DNA from: Candidatus Bathyarchaeota archaeon
GTDB taxonomy: Archaea > Thermoproteota > Bathyarchaeia > Bathyarchaeales > Bathycorpusculaceae
Direction of reading: 5' to 3'
Assembly: GCA_963806535.1 (NCBI GenBank)
Contig: CAWDYC010000009.1
Span: forward strand, 64,001-128,000
Length of the DNA: 64,000 bases
Shown here: positions 11,961-22,331 of the stretch, piece by piece
How positions within the stretch are numbered: position 1 is the stretch's first letter
How the letters are laid out: each line of letters begins with the position of its first letter
Program-made: the position numbers and the translations under genes
The notes under the pieces: generated by a model
Databases searched by the model: none
Seen by the model: the letters and a program-made list of their open reading frames with translations, nothing else
What the model was told of the DNA's origin: nothing

Positions 11961-12655
11961 TTAATAGGTTGTTTCCATCATTATGCGCTTGAAAATTTCG
12001 ACGCTGTGTCTGAGACCCAGTTTCTTTTCACCTAACCTAGGGCGATATGCATTGTCCACTTCTTTGATGTTGAAGCTCTCCGTTCCACATGGTGATTTAG
12101 TTCTACTTCAATATCAAAGCCTTTTGATCTAACTTGCCAATCTCTCAAAATCTTGAACGTAATACTCGTAAACCCGTTAGCGGATCCCTCAATGGGATTC
12201 CATTAGCATGTTATGTGTGAAAGCTATGAGTCGGTTGCCGAAATAGAAAACTTCATGCAACGATTTCACGTCTAAGTGGTGGTTAAATCGGTTGCCACAT
12301 ACCATACCAACATTGGGATTACGTTAAGATACGTATCATTCTAGGCAAGTATTCGGCTGGATATGTGTAATCTGCATATGTGATAATGACATACTCAGAG
12401 GCTAAATCGCAAGAACTTCAGAGCTTTTGCTATTGCATCGCCTTTGCCCAGTCCTTCTTGAAAAACAATGTCGGCTCCTATTTTCTTTGCTACTTCGACT
12501 GTTTTGTCAGTGCTTCTACCGTCAACCACGAGAACTCTTGGATTATCGAGAGTATCTTTTAATTCAGCGATCGTCAGGCCAATTCTTTCTTCTTCATTAA
12601 GCGCCGCAATTATAACTTGCGGTGAAGGGATACCCTGATCATCTCCTTTCTTCAA
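11961..12655 (-). CDS. GT2, dolichol-phosphate mannosyltransferase-like (several indels)
   Basis: IIAALNEEE, VVDGRSTDKT, GKGDAI; downstream frames give ADYTYP, GNRF, DPLTGLRV, GFDIEVE. Confidence 0.75.
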
Positions 12656-12789
12656 CCGTAAATAACATCCTTTTCTAGGGATTACATGTTACATGTGAAA
12701 TAATATAAGACTGTATGGAAAAAATCGAATAATGTCTATATAACCGTAAATTACTCATTTTTTCAAAATGGCTTGACAGATCTGAGTAA

Positions 12790-13047
12790 CTATGATTGTT
12801 CACAAGACTGACTTAATCGTTCTCGCTCATTATCAAGAGTTTCAAGCAATTTCTGAGCTCTTATGTAACGCTCCTCAAAAAGTCTATACTGCCTAAGGTA
12901 TTCTCTACCACACACGGTTAACCTATAAACAGAATCATCAACTGAACAAAACCAACATTAACACTAAGATTAAGGTACTTTTCTGAATTGGCAGCTTCCA
13001 GAATAGTCCGCAATAATACTTATTCGATCACGATTTTTACCTATCAA
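12790..13047 (-). pseudogene. truncated winged-helix transcription regulator
   Basis: Manual translation: KNRDRISIIA..ILEAAN / EKYL..VGFV / VYRLTVCGREYLRQY; the central helices appear to be missing. Confidence 0.5.
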
Positions 13048-13490
13048 AAGCACCATCAACTAGAATAACATTGAATGTAGTCAGAGCATTTTTAGCCAAA
13101 TTATTCTTTGTTAACCCTAACAAATCCCTTCGTGATGGAAGCGGATATGAAAAGAGAGCTCTAACTTAACTTCAAATCCCTTGATATCCTCTCTCTCGAG
13201 ATGGCATCCATTTTGAAAATAACTCTCAACTTTTCTGCAATTTTATTTGCGATGAAATTTAAATGAAAACAAATGGAATAGCTCCAATCAGAAAGGCGTT
13301 CTTTCAATCCTTCATTTAATTGTAATATTGAAGCCATCCATTACCCTCGATTATGTCGAATGCCACAAAAAAAGCATTTAAGGGATATTTCGAAAAACGC
13401 AATATTTCTAGAAAAGCAACACGAGTGTTCTGTTCTGCTCCAAGCGTCAATTAGGAAATCGTAAATCGTAATTCGCTAAACAATTTATTA

Positions 13491-14015
13491 TTGTTTTCTG
13501 CAATTCTCTTTACAGGAGGAGCTACTTCTTTGGACAGCGCACTTATTGTAAGGCAGATGGCACAAAATGACCTAAATCAATTAAAGGAAATTATAGACGC
13601 TTCTTTTCCTATATTTTATCGCTTTTTTGCAGCCCATAGCCTACAAGAAGAAGGGCAGGTAATTGTGGGTGAGACCGCGGGAAGGGTTGTTGGCTTCGCT
13701 AAACTCATTGACTTTTATGTTGGAGGCAAAAAGTATGGTTGTATATTGTGGATTGCTGTTCACCCCAGTTATAGGCGAAAAGGCATCGCCGCAACGATAA
13801 CAAGCAGTGGAGCACAGCGGCTTAAGCAAGATGGTTCAAACGCAGTTTTTGCTTCAACTCAAAGAAGAAATGGTGCTGCTTTGTCGGTGCTGAGCTTTCA
13901 GGGTTTTAGAAGAATGGGTTTTCTTGCTTTATGGCGGTTGTTCGGCTGGCGAGTTTTTGAGTTTTACAGGGATATTTGGCTGGCTCCTGGAGAAATCGTG
14001 CTAATGCATGATTAG
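13491..14015 (+). CDS. GNAT N-acetyltransferase
   Basis: IAVHPSYRRKGIA motif A; N..A...GF. Confidence 0.85.
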   Translation: MFSAILFTGGATSLDSALIVRQMAQNDLNQLKEIIDASFPIFYRFFAAHSLQEEGQVIVGETAGRVVGFAKLIDFYVGGKKYGCILWIAVHPSYRRKGIAATITSSGAQRLKQDGSNAVFASTQRRNGAALSVLSFQGFRRMGFLALWRLFGWRVFEFYRDIWLAPGEIVLMHD

Positions 14016-14102
14016 CGTCACCATCATATTTGACTGAGGGACTTTTTGTGTTTAACAAGATTTATATCCATATAATTAGTTCAGAGAGGAAGGAGAAATT
14101 TT

Positions 14103-15116
14103 ATGCCACCAATGAAAGCAATTCAAGTTAAGGCGCCGGGTGCTGATTTGGAGTTGGTTGAAAAAGAAATTCCACAGCCAAAAGAGCATGAGGTTCTTCT
14201 TAAAGTCCATGCCTGCGGAATTTGTCATGGTGATGCAATTGTTAAGCAAGGATATTTCCCTGGGCTGCAATATCCTAGAACGCCTGGTCATGAGGTTGTA
14301 GGAACAATCGTCAAGATGGGTTCAGAGTCACATTATTGGAAGATAGGGCAGAGAGTTGGAGTTGGCTGGCGCGGAGGACACTGCTTAAAATGCAAGTCAT
14401 GTCTAAAAGGCGAGTTTTGGGCGTGCGAAAGCCCTTTGGCCACAGGCATTTCAAGCGATGGGGGATACGCCGAGTATATGGTTGCCCGAATGGAAGTCTT
14501 AACAGCAATCCCAGATGAACTCACTTCAGTAGAGGCTGCACCGCTTCTTTGCGCAGGCGCCACTACGCTTGGTGCATTGAAGAGTAGCACAGTTAAGGGC
14601 GGCGATTTAATTGCCATTCAAGGCTTTGGAGGATTAGGACACTTAGCACTGCAGTTCGCTGTTAAACTTGGGTTGAAAGTGGCGGTTATATCTCGCGGTA
14701 ACGAAAAAGAAGAGTTAGCCCGCAAACTTGGTGCACAAATCTATATAGACACAAACAAAGCTAATGCGGCGGAAGAATTAATGAAGCTGGGAGGAGCACA
14801 AGCTATTTTCTGCACCGCGCCGAACAGCAAAGCAATCTCCGGGCTTGTGGAAGGGCTTGCTCGTAACGGCCAATTGATAATTATCACTTTTGTTAATGAG
14901 CCTATGCAGATTTCGCCTGTTCAGTTGATGAGAGCGGTGCGGTCTGTGAGCGGTTGGGTAGGAGGAAACGCTGCTGACACCTTGAAGTTCAGTGTTCTTA
15001 CACAGGTTGTTCCTATGGTTGAGGTTTTTCCGCTTGAGCAAGCCGCTGTGGCTTTTGACCGTATGATGACGGCGAAAGCTCATTTCCGAGCAGTCTTGAA
15101 AATAAGTGAGGGCTAA
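14103..15116 (+). CDS. Zn-dependent alcohol dehydrogenase (MDR family)
   Basis: CGICHGD, GHEVVG, structural CxxCxxC-x7-C, GFGGLG. Confidence 0.92.
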   Translation: MPPMKAIQVKAPGADLELVEKEIPQPKEHEVLLKVHACGICHGDAIVKQGYFPGLQYPRTPGHEVVGTIVKMGSESHYWKIGQRVGVGWRGGHCLKCKSCLKGEFWACESPLATGISSDGGYAEYMVARMEVLTAIPDELTSVEAAPLLCAGATTLGALKSSTVKGGDLIAIQGFGGLGHLALQFAVKLGLKVAVISRGNEKEELARKLGAQIYIDTNKANAAEELMKLGGAQAIFCTAPNSKAISGLVEGLARNGQLIIITFVNEPMQISPVQLMRAVRSVSGWVGGNAADTLKFSVLTQVVPMVEVFPLEQAAVAFDRMMTAKAHFRAVLKISEG

Positions 15117-15119
15117 AAT

Positions 15120-15833
15120 ATGAGTGAAATCTTAAAAATTATTCAAGAAAGACAGTCCGCAAGAGTTCAATTCGATCCAAATAGACCCATCTCTAAAGAG
15201 AATTTAACGCAGATTCTAGAAGCGGCAAAGTGGGCACCAACCGCACACAACATGCAAAATTTTGAAATAATTGTTATTGATGACAAAGCTGTTTTGGAAA
15301 AAATAGGAAATATCAAATCTCGCATTTCTGAAGAGTTTTTACGTGAAAACTATGAACAATTATCTTTTTCAAAAGAGGAACTTCTAAGGAAGAAAACAGG
15401 TATTTTAGGTGCAATGTTTCCACCCGACTGGGTTGACCCCAAGAAAATGGCTGAAGCGGCTCAGAAAGCTGCTCCCATGCCATTGACCCAGTCAATCCGA
15501 GGAAGCCCAACTTTACTAATTATTGTTTATGATTCTAGGAAGCGGGCGCCTGCTTCGCATGGAGACGTTTTAGGCTTCATAAGTTTAGGGTGCTTGATGG
15601 AGAACATGTGGCTTATGGCACAGTCTTTGGGCATTAGTGTACATATTCTCAGCGCTTTCTCTGCATTACCCGTTGAATCTGAGATAAAGAAGCTTCTAGG
15701 TGTTCCTGAATACATGAAAATTGCGTTTACCTGCCGATTGGGATATCCAACTGGTGCAAGCAAATACCTCCGAGTGCGCCGCAACATCGAAGACTTTACA
15801 CACCACAACAAATTCGGAAATAAAGGAATTTAG
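15120..15833 (+). CDS. nitroreductase family protein
   Basis: RQSAR, AAKWAPTAHNMQ, ENMWLMAQSLG, LGYP. Confidence 0.88.
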   Translation: MSEILKIIQERQSARVQFDPNRPISKENLTQILEAAKWAPTAHNMQNFEIIVIDDKAVLEKIGNIKSRISEEFLRENYEQLSFSKEELLRKKTGILGAMFPPDWVDPKKMAEAAQKAAPMPLTQSIRGSPTLLIIVYDSRKRAPASHGDVLGFISLGCLMENMWLMAQSLGISVHILSAFSALPVESEIKKLLGVPEYMKIAFTCRLGYPTGASKYLRVRRNIEDFTHHNKFGNKGI

Positions 15834-15855
15834 TTTCTTCGCTCCTTCCAACAAT

Positions 15856-17217
15856 TTACATTTTTTGACGCATAACATTAGCGAGGGCTTTCACTTTGTC
15901 TTTCGCCATCCAGAGAAAACCTGACAAAACTATTGCCAACCCAAAATATTCAACATAAAGCAGACTGTTTGTCCCTACAATTTGTCCAGAATTCAAAAAG
16001 GAATAGCCTACCGAACCTTCCACCCTAAAAACCAAATAATTAAGTTGCCCATAGCCAATTGCTTTATAGAAATTTGTTAAAAATGCTACCGCTGCTAAAA
16101 GTGCTCCTGCGCAAGCGATTCCGAAAAATAACCAATTATTAAGCTTCCGCTTTAAAGTAGTAAACAGCGATTGACATTTAACTAAGAGAGCGCCCGCAAG
16201 TAAACAAAAGAATGGCAAAGATTGATAATCGTACTTTACGGCTCCTGTAAAGGGTGCTTTATAGTTTAAACCTAATGCAAAAAACGTATCAATTCCAAGT
16301 ATCACAAATATTGATGCTGTGCAGATCAAGTCGGAAGCAAAAAAATTTCTAAAAAGTTTTCTTTGGAACGCCGAAATTAGTAATGAGATAATGGCTGCGG
16401 CGAGGAGGTATATGCCTAAGTTGCCGAGAAGAAAGTTGAAGGTAAAAAGTGAAGAGGGCATTGCGCCGGCGGCGTTATAGAATTTGAAGTCGTCTTGCCA
16501 AAAAATCGTTAAAATGTTGATGCCAACTATGCCTTGATACCAAATCAACAGAAAAGCAATCAGAGGCACAAAAAAAGCCGCCGCAAATAATGGGTTCCTT
16601 AACTTTTTCTCTCTGTTTTTAAAATAGAAAATCGCTAAAGGAACAATCATAAAGATTCCGTAGAATTTTGTTAAGAAAGCTGCTCCCAAAAAGCCCCCTG
16701 ACAACATGAAGAGGGCAATTGAATCTTTGCGTACTGCGTAAATTCCGATAAGCAGAAAGAGCAGGCTGAAAAACAGGCATTGCACGTCAATTAGAAATGT
16801 TCTTGAAAAAACTATTTGCCAAGGAGTTAATGCAAAAAGCGCTGAAGCCACCAGCCCAGTTGTTTTGCCATACAAGGTTTTGCCAAGCAAGTAAACCAGC
16901 AATACCGAGCCTAGGCCAAAACATGTTACGATGGCTACTCCTGTGTTGAAGGATAGACCGAAAATTTGGAAGATTGGTGAATCGAGGTAGAAGCCCAGAG
17001 GCGGTTGATTAATCATGGTGCCTGCACCGTTTGTGTATGGTAAACCCCACAAAAGCACGCCGGATGCTGCTGAGAATTCGTAGCTTGTGTCCCAATTGTT
17101 AAAGGGTCCAATTGTGAAGGTGATTAGGGCTGACCCAACAAGTATGGTTAGCAACGAGTAATGTTGACTGAGCAGCATCTTTAAGCGATCCAGCAAAGCG
17201 TTAACAAGATCACCCAC
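15856..17217 (-). CDS. ArnT/PMT-like GT-C membrane glycosyltransferase
   Basis: Multi-TM protein with QPPLGF, YLLGKTLYG, SRTFLID and TKFYG motifs. Confidence 0.8.
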   Translation of the reverse strand: MGDLVNALLDRLKMLLSQHYSLLTILVGSALITFTIGPFNNWDTSYEFSAASGVLLWGLPYTNGAGTMINQPPLGFYLDSPIFQIFGLSFNTGVAIVTCFGLGSVLLVYLLGKTLYGKTTGLVASALFALTPWQIVFSRTFLIDVQCLFFSLLFLLIGIYAVRKDSIALFMLSGGFLGAAFLTKFYGIFMIVPLAIFYFKNREKKLRNPLFAAAFFVPLIAFLLIWYQGIVGINILTIFWQDDFKFYNAAGAMPSSLFTFNFLLGNLGIYLLAAAIISLLISAFQRKLFRNFFASDLICTASIFVILGIDTFFALGLNYKAPFTGAVKYDYQSLPFFCLLAGALLVKCQSLFTTLKRKLNNWLFFGIACAGALLAAVAFLTNFYKAIGYGQLNYLVFRVEGSVGYSFLNSGQIVGTNSLLYVEYFGLAIVLSGFLWMAKDKVKALANVMRQKM

Positions 17218-17415
17218 TTGAAATCAATGTTTAATCATAAGCGATTCAGCAGACATATAGTTTTTACTCAAAGAGGTGACAGGGTTCCAAGAATTCCAAA
17301 AGTTGAGTGAGTAGCTTGCAGATAAATCATTCCAATAAATCATGATGAAGTTCCGTGGTTCTATTAATAAGAAGAGAAACGCAAAGATGCACGCAACTTC
17401 TACTAAATTTTTTAA

Positions 17416-18168
17416 TTAAACCCGATCTTGCGCTAAACACTCAGAATTATTTTTTGAGTGCCACAATTTTTTGCTTAAGCTAAACTTTTTTTTGTACAGA
17501 AATATTGCCATAAAAATAGTTGTTCCTGAAATAATCAAAAAAGGACCAAAACACAGATACAAGCTATCACTTTGTGGAACATTTTGAGTCTGATAAATGT
17601 GGGAAACTACTGTTTCGGTGAAGGAAACAACTAATACGGACTGCGTTCTATTCGCACCGATGCCTTGAGTAATTATAGATAAATAGTCACCTTCTTCTGT
17701 CACATTGTAGGATACACCGCCCAATTTTGCTCCAAAATTTCCTGCTTCAAAAGCAAAACCATTCTCATTTGCCCAAGCCACCGCCGGATTCACAGTAATA
17801 TTATTTTTATGCCCTGAAACGACCTGAGGAAAAATTGATTGAAAATAATTGAATTGTGATTGTGAAAATATGTACCCTAAAATTTCCTCGTCAGCGTACC
17901 AATCGACATTAAGAGTTTGACCGGGTGTCAAGTGTACTGGAGAAAAATATTCGTAGCCAGCAGTCGTCAAATTTAGAGGAGGCACTATCACTGAAGTATC
18001 ATGTAAATCAGTTGTTACTGGTTGAAAATGCTCAACTAGGACTTGTTTTGGAACTGAAACAGAATGCGGAGAAATAAAGTTGGCAGCAACAAGGATAAAG
18101 CCTGTTAATAACAAAGTTATGGCAATAATTCTTAATTTACCGCTTTTCATAAATGTGGTCTTCTTCAC
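17416..18168 (-). CDS. hypothetical membrane protein with an extracellular beta domain
   Basis: Hydrophobic segments at both termini, 250 aa. Confidence 0.55.
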   Translation of the reverse strand: MKKTTFMKSGKLRIIAITLLLTGFILVAANFISPHSVSVPKQVLVEHFQPVTTDLHDTSVIVPPLNLTTAGYEYFSPVHLTPGQTLNVDWYADEEILGYIFSQSQFNYFQSIFPQVVSGHKNNITVNPAVAWANENGFAFEAGNFGAKLGGVSYNVTEEGDYLSIITQGIGANRTQSVLVVSFTETVVSHIYQTQNVPQSDSLYLCFGPFLIISGTTIFMAIFLYKKKFSLSKKLWHSKNNSECLAQDRV

Positions 18169-18430
18169 AGCTGGTGTTATGCCAATTGTAACTCATAGGT
18201 GATTAAAGGCTTCTCGTAAAATTATCTTGACTGAAATAAGTCAAAGTTTCTTGACTGAACTAGAAAGTACCTCGTTAATCGTATCCTTTTGCCAAAAAAC
18301 TTTGGCCTCTACGTTTCCTAGATTTCTACCTATCATTTCCTGAAAAAGAAGTGCGCAGCCTTACCAGTACATACTATATCTTTGATAGAATTAAATCTGC
18401 AAAAAAAGAAGAACCTATTTGTGAATAAGT

Positions 18431-18441
18431 TGGTCGGGAGA
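18431..18441 (-). repeat. 11-bp copy of the tRNA-Tyr 3' end (candidate degenerate att site)
   Basis: TGGTCGGGAGA is identical to 27761-27771 and 22298-22308, in the same orientation. Confidence 0.5.
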
Positions 18442-18663
18442 AATAGACATTAAGGGTCGTTTTGAGGGTCGGACACAATTGACGTTTTCTTGTCTATTTT
18501 TCGGCAATGATATCGTGAAAACACAGTAATAGAAAAGCTTACTCTAAAAAGAAGGAAACTGAAAAAATGCCTGAAGCTAAAATGCACTACACATTATTTT
18601 ACCTTGAAACATACACAAAATTCAAATTCTTGTGCACCAGCACGGACTTAAGGGTTAAGTTGA

Positions 18664-19839
18664 ATGAGAAGAGCAACGCTCACTCGAAACTTGAACGAAC
18701 TAATAAGAAGAGTGCGAAACACATTTTTACCGATAAATATTCTAAAAGTCTTTGTACATGGTAGCTATTTCAGAGTCGATGAGGCGCCTGGAGATTTGGA
18801 CATCTTCATTATTGCCGATGTTAATGATCACTGGGGTGAATGGTATAATGCCTTTCATAGTCTAAGCGACCACCATGACGCCTTGTGGGCATGTTATGAG
18901 AAAGAGATGAGCGTTTCAGAGGCGATAATTAGCATTCTGCCGATAATCAATAAGTGGAACATTCCCAATGAATGGCTTACCTGCATTTCTTGGACAGATA
19001 TTTTTTGGTCTTTCCTGCCTTATACGTTGGATTGGAATAAGATAACAAGAAAGCTATTAACAAGAGGAATGAAGGGAGTTCACATCGAAATATTGACAAC
19101 AGATATTTTTAAGCAAATTTTTGGTAGGCTATATTCTTATCAAGATATGCCTGCGTTCTTAGTATGGTCAGTAGACGAATCAGAGAAAAGTAATTTGATA
19201 CCAAATAGTGATGAGTTTCAAAAATACCTCCAGTTTGAAAATAAGCAATTATTAAATGACCTGAACGATGCTCAGCTAAGATGCAGATTTGGTAAAGATA
19301 TTATTGAAAAATTGCTAATTCTTTGTCCGAGGGACAAAATGGGAATTATTGCACTTCGTGTGCTCAACAAAACAGCTAAGTACGAGGTTTCAGAAGAGCG
19401 ATTGCGTGAAGAGTTACGAAGATTTGGCTTGCCTGAAAACTTGGTTTATGCCCTCAAAAATAGGGGTAGTAAAACGTGGTATCATATTGCAGAAAGTATG
19501 GATGAACAAAAGGAGTTAGAGCAACGGGTTAAGCGTTACTCGATAATAAATGGCGCTGAGAAAACGATTGTAAGTATACTTAGAGAATGCATAACAGAAG
19601 ATGAAGGTTCTAGAATTGATTGCAGTATAATAAGTTTAGAAAAAGGGCTTGTCCGGGTCTATGTTAGAAAGCCGGGCAAGATAACTGAAGAAGAATTTAA
19701 AAAATTATGGGAGCGCAGAGAGTTTAAAGTTGAAAAAGAGTATGGGCCTATGTATGCTGAAAAGCAATTTCTTTTGCTTCCAAGCACAAGTCGCAAAGAG
19801 ATGCGAGAAATAATAGTTAAAGAGTTGAGTATAAATTAA
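18664..19839 (+). CDS. protein with N-terminal Pol-beta-type nucleotidyltransferase motif and unknown C-terminus
   Basis: VFVHGSYFR..E.PGDLDIFIIA matches hGS-x9-DxD. Confidence 0.65.
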   Translation: MRRATLTRNLNELIRRVRNTFLPINILKVFVHGSYFRVDEAPGDLDIFIIADVNDHWGEWYNAFHSLSDHHDALWACYEKEMSVSEAIISILPIINKWNIPNEWLTCISWTDIFWSFLPYTLDWNKITRKLLTRGMKGVHIEILTTDIFKQIFGRLYSYQDMPAFLVWSVDESEKSNLIPNSDEFQKYLQFENKQLLNDLNDAQLRCRFGKDIIEKLLILCPRDKMGIIALRVLNKTAKYEVSEERLREELRRFGLPENLVYALKNRGSKTWYHIAESMDEQKELEQRVKRYSIINGAEKTIVSILRECITEDEGSRIDCSIISLEKGLVRVYVRKPGKITEEEFKKLWERREFKVEKEYGPMYAEKQFLLLPSTSRKEMREIIVKELSIN

Positions 19840-20109
19840 ATGAAAGAATTACCTACAGCGAATAAAGAAATTCAATGCCAAGTTAAATCACTTAAAACTG
19901 AATTCGCAGCTATGAACAGTGTTTATTGTGAAATGCTCGAGTTTATCACAGATGAGCAGAAGAGTTCAATTTTAAACGATATTAAAAACGTCTTAACTCA
20001 AGATATCGGTGAAACTAAGGTCCGAGAGTACTTGTTAAGAAACGCTGACCGAATGTCTACTACAAGATTAGAATGGGATATCTTGCAGGTTTTAAAGGAA
20101 AAAAAGTAA
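19840..20109 (+). CDS. hypothetical helical protein
   Basis: ATG immediately follows the upstream stop codon; 89 aa. Confidence 0.55.
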   Translation: MKELPTANKEIQCQVKSLKTEFAAMNSVYCEMLEFITDEQKSSILNDIKNVLTQDIGETKVREYLLRNADRMSTTRLEWDILQVLKEKK

Positions 20110-20115
20110 CTACGT

Positions 20116-20436
20116 TTGGCGAGTGACTTGGGCGCTAACAATATTGTTCTTTGTCCTTTCTGGAACGAATCCCGGTCTAAGTATATGCCTGTTGTTAAAG
20201 TGTCTGATAACTTGGATAATAGCTTGACAGCTTGTCTTGTTGCTGGTTTCTATTTTGATGAAGAACCAAATGTTGACGAATGGCTTAACGGCTGTGCTAA
20301 TGAGGCGCCTGTAAGATGCCCTCATTGTGTGATAAGTGATGTCATTCACTCTAAGGCTAAGACTGGTTGCTTTTTTGCTGACGACAAATGTCTTCATTCA
20401 AACGTTAAAGGTTTTGATTCTTGCTTTTCGCGTTGA
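20116..20436 (+). CDS. hypothetical Cys-rich protein
   Basis: Starts 6 bp after the previous stop; CPFW, CPHC and several other Cys. Confidence 0.5.
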   Translation: MASDLGANNIVLCPFWNESRSKYMPVVKVSDNLDNSLTACLVAGFYFDEEPNVDEWLNGCANEAPVRCPHCVISDVIHSKAKTGCFFADDKCLHSNVKGFDSCFSR

Positions 20437-20506
20437 GATGGCAAAATACTAAGCTGTAATTAGACCAATTCTAATCTGCACAAATAGAAAAGCTGTCAAT
20501 GGCTAA

Positions 20507-21433
20507 TCAGGGTGAGATTTTTTCGATGACTTTTTTGAGAAATGACTGGAAGCTATCCAAAAACTTGCCGAATTCTTCTCCATCAATCTCCCGAAGCAAT
20601 AATCGCTTTTCTTCTCCCCATCTAAATGGCTTTGAAGCCACGATGGCTTTCTTTGCCTCAAAATTCTCCTTATACTTCTGATAGGCACCAAGTGCAAAGC
20701 GGATCTTATCCACAATTGGCTCAAGCAAGTCCTCTAACTTCAGGTCATATTTCGTGCATATCAGGTAAATATCAAGAAAGTCACGCGCTTTGAATCCTTC
20801 CCTTGTGAGAATCGAGCGAACCTTCTCGCAAAGGATTTCACGCGTATCGTATACATGCAAACTAATCGTTTGGCAGTACTCTGCGTATTCCGGGAACAAA
20901 AAGGATAGCTCGTCACTTTGCGTGCATTGCAAAGTGCTAAGCTTACCATTCTGTGGTGCAAAGATTAGTTTCTCAACGAAGTTCATCTGGACTTTAACAA
21001 AGCTTTCTACGTTTAGTGTCTCCGCTCGGTACCATATCTTGAATGTGCACATCTTGTTGCTTCCGCCAAGCTCGACATAGTGCCTGTCCTGCTTATCACA
21101 TTTGAAATCTAGCGCTCTCTTCTTTGCTATTCCTTCAAAAATTGACCCCACTTTGTCAATGGTCTCCGAAAGCAATCCCCGAATTTTAGTCTGGGATTTG
21201 CCCTCGTAAACGCTTTGATCTTTCCAGGTAAAGTCTATGTCTTCTGAGAATCTGTAGTAGTCGAGGTAGCATTTGGTCAAACAGGTACCTCCTTTGAAGA
21301 CAAAGTTGTTGGAAAAGAACTCATCTTGCGAAAGGTCTGTTAATATTTGATGGAGAATCAAATCTTTCTCCAGTAAGTCTGCCTGCTCAACGCCATTTTG
21401 CCTTGCAACCTCTGTTACAAAGTCTTTTCTCAT
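20507..21433 (-). CDS. abiEii: AbiEii/AbiGii nucleotidyltransferase toxin
   Basis: EKD, FKGGTCL, RFSEDIDF, EKVRS, ARDFLD. Confidence 0.92.
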   Translation of the reverse strand: MRKDFVTEVARQNGVEQADLLEKDLILHQILTDLSQDEFFSNNFVFKGGTCLTKCYLDYYRFSEDIDFTWKDQSVYEGKSQTKIRGLLSETIDKVGSIFEGIAKKRALDFKCDKQDRHYVELGGSNKMCTFKIWYRAETLNVESFVKVQMNFVEKLIFAPQNGKLSTLQCTQSDELSFLFPEYAEYCQTISLHVYDTREILCEKVRSILTREGFKARDFLDIYLICTKYDLKLEDLLEPIVDKIRFALGAYQKYKENFEAKKAIVASKPFRWGEEKRLLLREIDGEEFGKFLDSFQSFLKKVIEKISP

Positions 21434-22083
21434 GCAAGTACCTTATGCTTATGTGCTATTTCGAGTGCGATTTCCTGGGCTGTCTTTGGATAATTCTTCG
21501 AATATTCAATGAGTCTGGATGCCGATAAATTGATTGACCAATCGCCAATATCAGCAATTATCCGGTCCCTTGGGATCCCGTTATAGCGCCACATGTAAAT
21601 GAAATCTAAAATGGTTTTTTCAGGATCTGAATAAGATAGGGCATCCTTAGTTATGATTCCGAAATTGAAAAGTGAAGATTTTAGCTTCATAAATCGGAAC
21701 TTATGCCCTGAAATCTTCATCGGGTTTATGCGCAGCATTTTATCGTTGACTACATAATCGATAGAAAAATATTCATGCGTCATGTTGTTTAGCTTCAATG
21801 CCGAGTAGAGACCTAAATACCAGTTCTTAACATCTTTTAATTCTAAGCCCTTGGCGACAAGCTCTAGATAGCTGTACTTTGTTGTCCCTAGCTTCATCTC
21901 GTCTAAGGACTTAACGTAGAAGATGCCTCTGAAAATGCGTATAAAGTGACCGCGCGTAACAAAATGGTCGATTGCTGACTCATAATCAAGATTCAGTTGT
22001 TTGCAATAGCTCTTGAGTTCCTCTGATGTCACTATCTCTTTCTTTTCGAGCCGCAATTTCTTTAGCAAAAGGCTTGTTTTCAT
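21430..22083 (-). CDS. AbiEi-like antitoxin / transcriptional regulator
   Basis: wHTH with RIFRGIFY and SDPEKTILD; ATGA overlap with the toxin gene. Confidence 0.8.
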   Translation of the reverse strand: MKTSLLLKKLRLEKKEIVTSEELKSYCKQLNLDYESAIDHFVTRGHFIRIFRGIFYVKSLDEMKLGTTKYSYLELVAKGLELKDVKNWYLGLYSALKLNNMTHEYFSIDYVVNDKMLRINPMKISGHKFRFMKLKSSLFNFGIITKDALSYSDPEKTILDFIYMWRYNGIPRDRIIADIGDWSINLSASRLIEYSKNYPKTAQEIALEIAHKHKVLA

Positions 22084-22297
22084 TTATATTACAACCATGC
22101 ATTTTTTGCAGTATTATGATATATATCACAGTAGCAGTATTTAAATTAGGGTTTTCGCAACACTCGACCACATCGACGGCACAAACGACGGTTCAAACCT
22201 AAAAGTGAAACCGCCACAAAAGCAGTATATGAGGCGCCTTCATAACGCCCGAATAGCGAAAAACTCTCCAAAACAAGCTCCGACAAGGGTGATTTTA

Positions 22298-22325
22298 TGG
22301 TCGGGAGAGCAGGATTTAAACCTGC
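22298..22325 (-). repeat. 28-bp copy of the tRNA-Tyr 3' end (att-like)
   Basis: TGGTCGGGAGAGCAGGATTTAAACCTGC versus TGGTCGGGAGAGCAGGATTTGAACCTGC at 27761-27788, one mismatch. Confidence 0.9.
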
Positions 22326-22331
22326 ACCACC

